64,000 bases of DNA, taken from Squalus acanthias (lineage: Eukaryota). Where the stretch lies: positions 200,942,001 through 201,006,000 of the forward strand of contig CM059427.1 of the NCBI GenBank assembly GCA_030390025.1, given 5' to 3'. Under the pieces are notes generated by a model. The model was given only the letters and a program-made list of their open reading frames with translations, was not told the DNA's origin and made no database searches. Numbering within the stretch: the first letter of the stretch is position 1; each line of letters begins with the position of its first letter. Below, in pieces: positions 59,041 to 64,000 of this stretch. The translations under genes were made by a program, and so were the position numbers.

Positions 59041-62000
59041 TCTGGAACCGTTACTAGTTATAGTGGAGACGGGATAACAAGGCCGTTTGACTGACTGCCA
59101 AGCCTCATCCAATTGGGTAATTAAGAGCCTTCCAGAGGGCGCGGGGATGGACGTGTCGGGCGTCCAATGGCGGGAGCGTGTGGGGGGGGGCGGGGTGCGG
59201 AGGCTGGAGGTCGTGTGATGAAACCTTCCCGAATACGTCCATCCAGAGTTGGCGACCTGAGAGTAGTGGCTGTTGGCGCGTTTGACCGTTTCACTGTACT
59301 TTCCCGTGCACAGGATCGAGGCAACTTTAGAGGAAAAGGAACCACCCCCTTAAAGGCCATGAAAATAAAGACTTGACAAAATCCCCTCGGGTTTTTCTAT
59401 TCTCCAATGGACCGCGTGTGTGATATAAAAAAGAACAGAGGCGATTTTAACCCTACTCGCTCAGCAGAAACCTGGCGGGCGGGGCGGGCAGTTAAAATCG
59501 CCCTGGCTCTTAGCTGTCTGAAAGCCGCCATGATCGCAACAGATTTAAGGCGATTGGCAAAAGAACCAGAGGCGACATGAGGGGAAAAACGATTTTTACG
59601 CAGCGAGTGGTTAGGATTTGGAATGCGCTGCCTGATAGGGAGGTAGAGGCAGATTCAATAGTAGCCTTCAAAAGGGAATTGGATCAATAGTTGAAGGAGA
59701 AACAATTGCAGGGCTATGGGGAAAGAGCGGGGGGAGTGGGACTGACTGGATTGCTCTTCGAAAGAGCTGGTGCAGACTCGATGGGCCGAATGGCCTCCTT
59801 CTGTGCTGTACTATTCCATGATTCTATAACATCTGCATAATTTTAACCTGCTCTCCTGTGCCCGGAGCCAACAGGGTCCTTCATTACATAGGCATGTTGC
59901 GGCCCGATGACATCAATTGAGAACCGACTGTAATTTTAACTCAGGCCTGAGCGGGGAATCCGCCTGGAGTTAAAATCGGGCCCCACGGCGAAAAATGGAC
60001 ACCAAGGAGAGTAACGTTATAAAGAGCTCCTTCCACCTTGTGTCCACCACCTGCTCCCCCTTAACCGCCCATAAGAACACCCATGAAGCAGGTATGTCAT
60101 TCTTTGCCAGCTCTCCATGACAGATCAACAGAGGGAGAAAAATAAGTCCAACATGTGTAAGTTCGACCCTCGTATTCATCGGATCTTACAGCACGGGAGG
60201 AGAAAGGTGAACCTCTGCACCAGCCAATCAAGTTGAGGAATGACAGTGAGGCCCACGACCTCACTTATAGAATCTAATAGCACAGGAGGAGGCCATTCGG
60301 CCCATCGTGCCTGTGCCGGCTCTTTGAAAGAGCTATCCAATTAGTCCCACTTCCCCCCCCCCCCTGCTCTTGCCCCGTAGCCCTGCAAATTTTTCCTTTT
60401 CTAGTTTATATATCCAATTCCCTTTTGAAAGTTATTCTAAGAAGGGGCATTGGTTAATAAAAAACAGCAGCAGATTTTTTTTTTCTTGGGAAACCCAAGC
60501 GAAGAGGCAAGACTTGAAATATGGGACAGGAGTCAGGCTGGAAACAAAGTACTGCGAGGACAGAGGAAGGTGGGGTTCGACAGGGCCTGCTCCTGTCTCG
60601 CTGATGCACCTTGGCTGGGGGGGCGATGCAGGGCTCTGGCATCTTTCAATAACAGTCTGAAAAAAATATAAAGGGTGCAGTTCAGCTGTTCATGAAAGAA
60701 CTCGCCAAAACAAAAGTAGGTTGAAAATAGAAAAAAGGAACTTGACTTTGCAACTCGTTCCACGGGGGATTCAGAACTATTCATGCAGAAACTCTTGAGA
60801 CTTCCCCTGGCGGCTTTCAGTGGTTTACTCACTCAGTGTGGGTGTTTCATCTGTGATTGGTGCAGGAGAATAAACTTGAGAGAACTTTGAGGGGGTAATT
60901 TGTGACTGTTTATGTAGAATGTGCAGCACAGAGACAGGCCATTTGGTCCAACTGCTCCGTGCCGGTGTTGGTGCTCCACCCGAGCCTCCTCCCGCCCCTA
61001 CTACATCTCAACCCCGTCAGCATATAACCTTCCCTTCCTTTCTCCCTCATGTGTTGAACTGGAAGCTGATTGGGAAATTCAGACCGGGAGCCGTCACGTA
61101 TGACAGGTTTGCCAGGCGAGGGTGTGGGCGGGAGAGGGTTTGGGGGAATTTAAGATGCCCGCCTGCAGAACAAGAACACAAGGAACAGGAGATGAGAAAA
61201 TGCTCACTGGGCTCAAGCATCTGGCCCTTGCTAGGTAGGGCGGCGAGTTCACCCAACGTTCAGGTTCAGGGATCCTGCTTTGCGATTCTCGGGATGGGAT
61301 GAAATTCCTTAATCCTCTGCTCAAAACAAAATTTGTGCCACCTCATCAAAACCGTGGACAGACAACATTCCCTGTGGACAGGTGAAATCCGACCTGGTCG
61401 GTCTTTCAGTCGAAACGGCAGCGCGTTAAACCCTGAGGTGAATAGTTGGCTGCACATTTGATAACCTGACCCAACGCCATTTCACCGCCTCTTACCAGTC
61501 CCATTAACTTCTCGGCCTCCCCAAAAAAAACCCAACCAATGTCAGGATGTCCCCGGTCAACTGGGCAGTTTTGGCAAAAGGCGTCCGCCCCCCGCCCCCC
61601 TCCACAGCGCCGTTTTCTGTCAGTGCGAAATTGGTCTCTGGAGCTTTAAACAATATATATCGTTGCATTTTTATTTTTGGTTTGTAAGCTTGAGTTTGAA
61701 CAAGATCGCAATGCGGTGGAAGACGCTTCCACCGTCTTAGTGTTAGGGCGCCGAGATGATTTTTTGCTGATTTGCCATTTATATATATCGAAAGAAAATG
61801 AAATTGCTGTTTTAATTATTTTTTCTGCAGTGACGGATTTATAACCTGAACTCTTCTCAAAGGCAGTAAATGTTTTTCCTGGATTATTAACCCATTTTAA
61901 TTTGGATTGGCAAGAACTGCTTCAGCGTTAACCAATCGCCACTGTACTTGATGACGTTTGTGTGGTTTTGCATTTATTGTTTTAAGTTTTGCACAATAAA

Positions 62001-62087
62001 ATGAGGATGGCTTAACTATAGGTTTTCCTGCGGGTATTGGCCTGTGGTTGGGTCGACGCTGGTGGTAAAGGTTACGGGAGAGGGACA

Positions 62088-62305
62088 TTAGCCTAGAATG
62101 AGCTGCACTCTTATGTAGGGATTGAAGATCTTTGGCCCTCCCGAAGCCCCAACAACCTGAAGGAACTCATTGTGAACCACTGGTGTCTCGCAAGGGTCTC
62201 CGGGTGATGGCTTGTCTACTTGAGGCCACACTTGCGCCATTGCTGCTGGTGGTGTCACAGAGGTGACTTCATCCTCAGGAGTTTGGTGGGCTTTGAAGAA
62301 AGGTT
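62088..62305 (-). CDS. Probable terminal coding exon of an unidentified convergent gene (..PFFKAHQTPEDEV...KIFNPYIRVQLILG*)
   Basis: Minus-strand pyrimidine-rich acceptor ttgatttcag, 71 open codons to TAA, non-repetitive, downstream minus-strand AATAAA at 61973-61978 and 61670-61675. Confidence 0.45.
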
Positions 62306-62429
62306 CTGAAATCAATATCAGATAAGAGAATGGCTTCTGATTTCTATGATTTGTAAAAATTTGGATTTGTTGTAAAGGAGAAGCAGAGGAATAAAGGTCA
62401 GAGGAAAATGATGTGACTGTGTCCTTCTT

Positions 62430-63170
62430 GTGTTACATTGCCCGGCTCCGCCCCTGCCTCAGCTCATCTGCTGCTGAAACCCTCATCCATGATTTTGTTA
62501 CCTCCGGACTCGACTATTCCAACGCAATCCTGTCCGGCCGCCCACCTTCCATCCTCTGCAAACTTGAGCTCATCCAAAACTCGGCTGCCCCTGTCCTAAC
62601 TCGCACCGAGTCCCGTTCACCCATCACCCCCTGTGCTCGCTGACCTACATTGGCTCCCGGTCCGGCAACACCTCGATTTTAAAATTCGCATCCTCTGTTT
62701 TTAAATCACCGTGGCCTCGACAACCCCCTCCCTATCTCCGTAACCTCCTCCAGCCCCCACAACCCTCCCTCCCTATCTCCATAACCTCCTCCAGCCCCCA
62801 CAACCCCCCCTCCCTATCTCTGTAACCTTCTCCAGCCCCCACAACCCCCCGAGATCTCTGCACTCCTCTAATTTTTCCCTCTTGAGCATCCCTGATTATA
62901 ATCGCTCCACCATTGGCGGCCGTGCCTTCTGTTGACTGGGCCCTAAGCTCTGGAATTCCCTCCCTAAACCTCTCCGCCTCGCTCCCTCTCTTCCCTCCAT
63001 TAAGACGCTCCTTAAAACCTACCTCTTTGACCAAGCTTTTGGTCACCTGCCCTAATATCTCCTTATGTGGCTCGGTGTCAAATTTTGTTTGATAATCGCT
63101 CCTGTGAAGCTTAGGTACGTTTTACTATGTTAAAGGCGCTATATAAATGCAAGTTGCTATTGTTGCTGTG
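62430..63170 (+). mobile_element. L2 3' fragment
   Basis: [29 protein letters not shown]. Confidence 0.87.
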
Positions 63171-63567
63171 CCGACAATAAGTGATGCATGCGCTGGTAGG
63201 CAGGAGCTGGGTAAGAGTTTGGATCAAGCAGCTCCCGCCTTGCTAGCATGGGTTTCAGTTCACAAGCCTGCGCCTACTAGCCATACGTGAAAATAAAATT
63301 GGCCAACTCAGTGCTCGGGTCCTCAATGGCACAGCTACCTGCTCAAGAGAGGTCCAGAACCGGTAGCACGGAGTCATACTGCCACCTCCGCATCGTGCTC
63401 TTGCCAGGCACAGCAGAACTCTGCGATTCAGCACTTCAACTCGGGGTTCAACTCTCGGAATCTGAATTCAGTCTGTGCGACTTCACTCTTGCGTTACACG
63501 GCACAGTTGGTGGGGAACCAAAAAAAAAGCTTGTGGTACAAATTGGCCTGAGTTATCTGGCAAATTG

Positions 63568-64000
63568 AAGGAGTGCCGCACTGTCGGAGGGGCAGTACTG
63601 AGGGAGCGCCGCACTGTCAGAGGGGCAGTACTGAGGGAGCGCCGCACTGTCAGAGGGGCAGTACTGAGGGAGCGCTGCACTGTCAGAGGGGCAGTACTGA
63701 GGGATTCCGCCACACTGTCGGAGGGGCAGTACTGAGGGAGCGCCGCACTGTCAGAGGGGCAGTACTGAGGGAGCGCCGCACTGTCAGAGGGGCAGTACTG
63801 AGGGATTCCGCCACACTGTCGGAGGGGCAGTACTGAGGGAGCGCCGCACTGTCAGAGGGGCAGTACTGAGGGATTCTGCCACACTGTCGGAGGGGCAGTA
63901 CTGAGGGAGCGCTGCACTGTCGGAGGGGCAGTACTGAGGGAGCGCCGCACTGTCGGAGGGGCAGTACTGAGGGAGTGCCGCACTGTCGGAGGGGCAGTAC
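63568..64000 (+). repeat. 33-bp SINE-derived minisatellite running off the window end
   Basis: Same unit as 14713-17297, with 35-bp variants. Confidence 0.92.

Noticed and set aside
60533-60832. 99-aa minus ORF as a coding exon
   Set aside because: No recognisable homology or convincing splice sites; probably UTR or intergenic.

Overview
Repeat-rich eukaryotic genomic DNA from a cartilaginous fish (elasmobranch, judged by HE1-type V-SINE, SacSINE1-type DeuSINE and shark-type CR1/L2/Penelope elements). Most ORF-track entries are retroelement fragments or tandem-repeat read-throughs. I reconstructed one complete gene by hand: CD74 (MHC class II invariant chain), + strand, 10 coding exons at 36253-57256, all GT-AG and phase-consistent, 975 nt, 324 aa. 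A probable terminal exon of an unidentified convergent gene lies at 62088-62305 (-). Main hunt results: (1) an array of five inverted S-X1-X2-Y (MHC enhanceosome-like) modules 8-22 kb upstream of CD74, with a fixed 16-nt S-X spacing and an adjacent E-box, i.e. a candidate locus-control region; (2) an extra symmetric CD74 exon encoding a second CLIP-like peptide C-terminal to the trimerisation domain; (3) two intact and one disabled Penelope-type minimal hammerhead ribozymes; (4) four separate minisatellite expansions from the same 33-bp SINE segment; (5) direct 58-bp minisatellites bracketing the thyroglobulin exon. Exon and motif coordinates were counted by hand; repeat boundaries are approximate.
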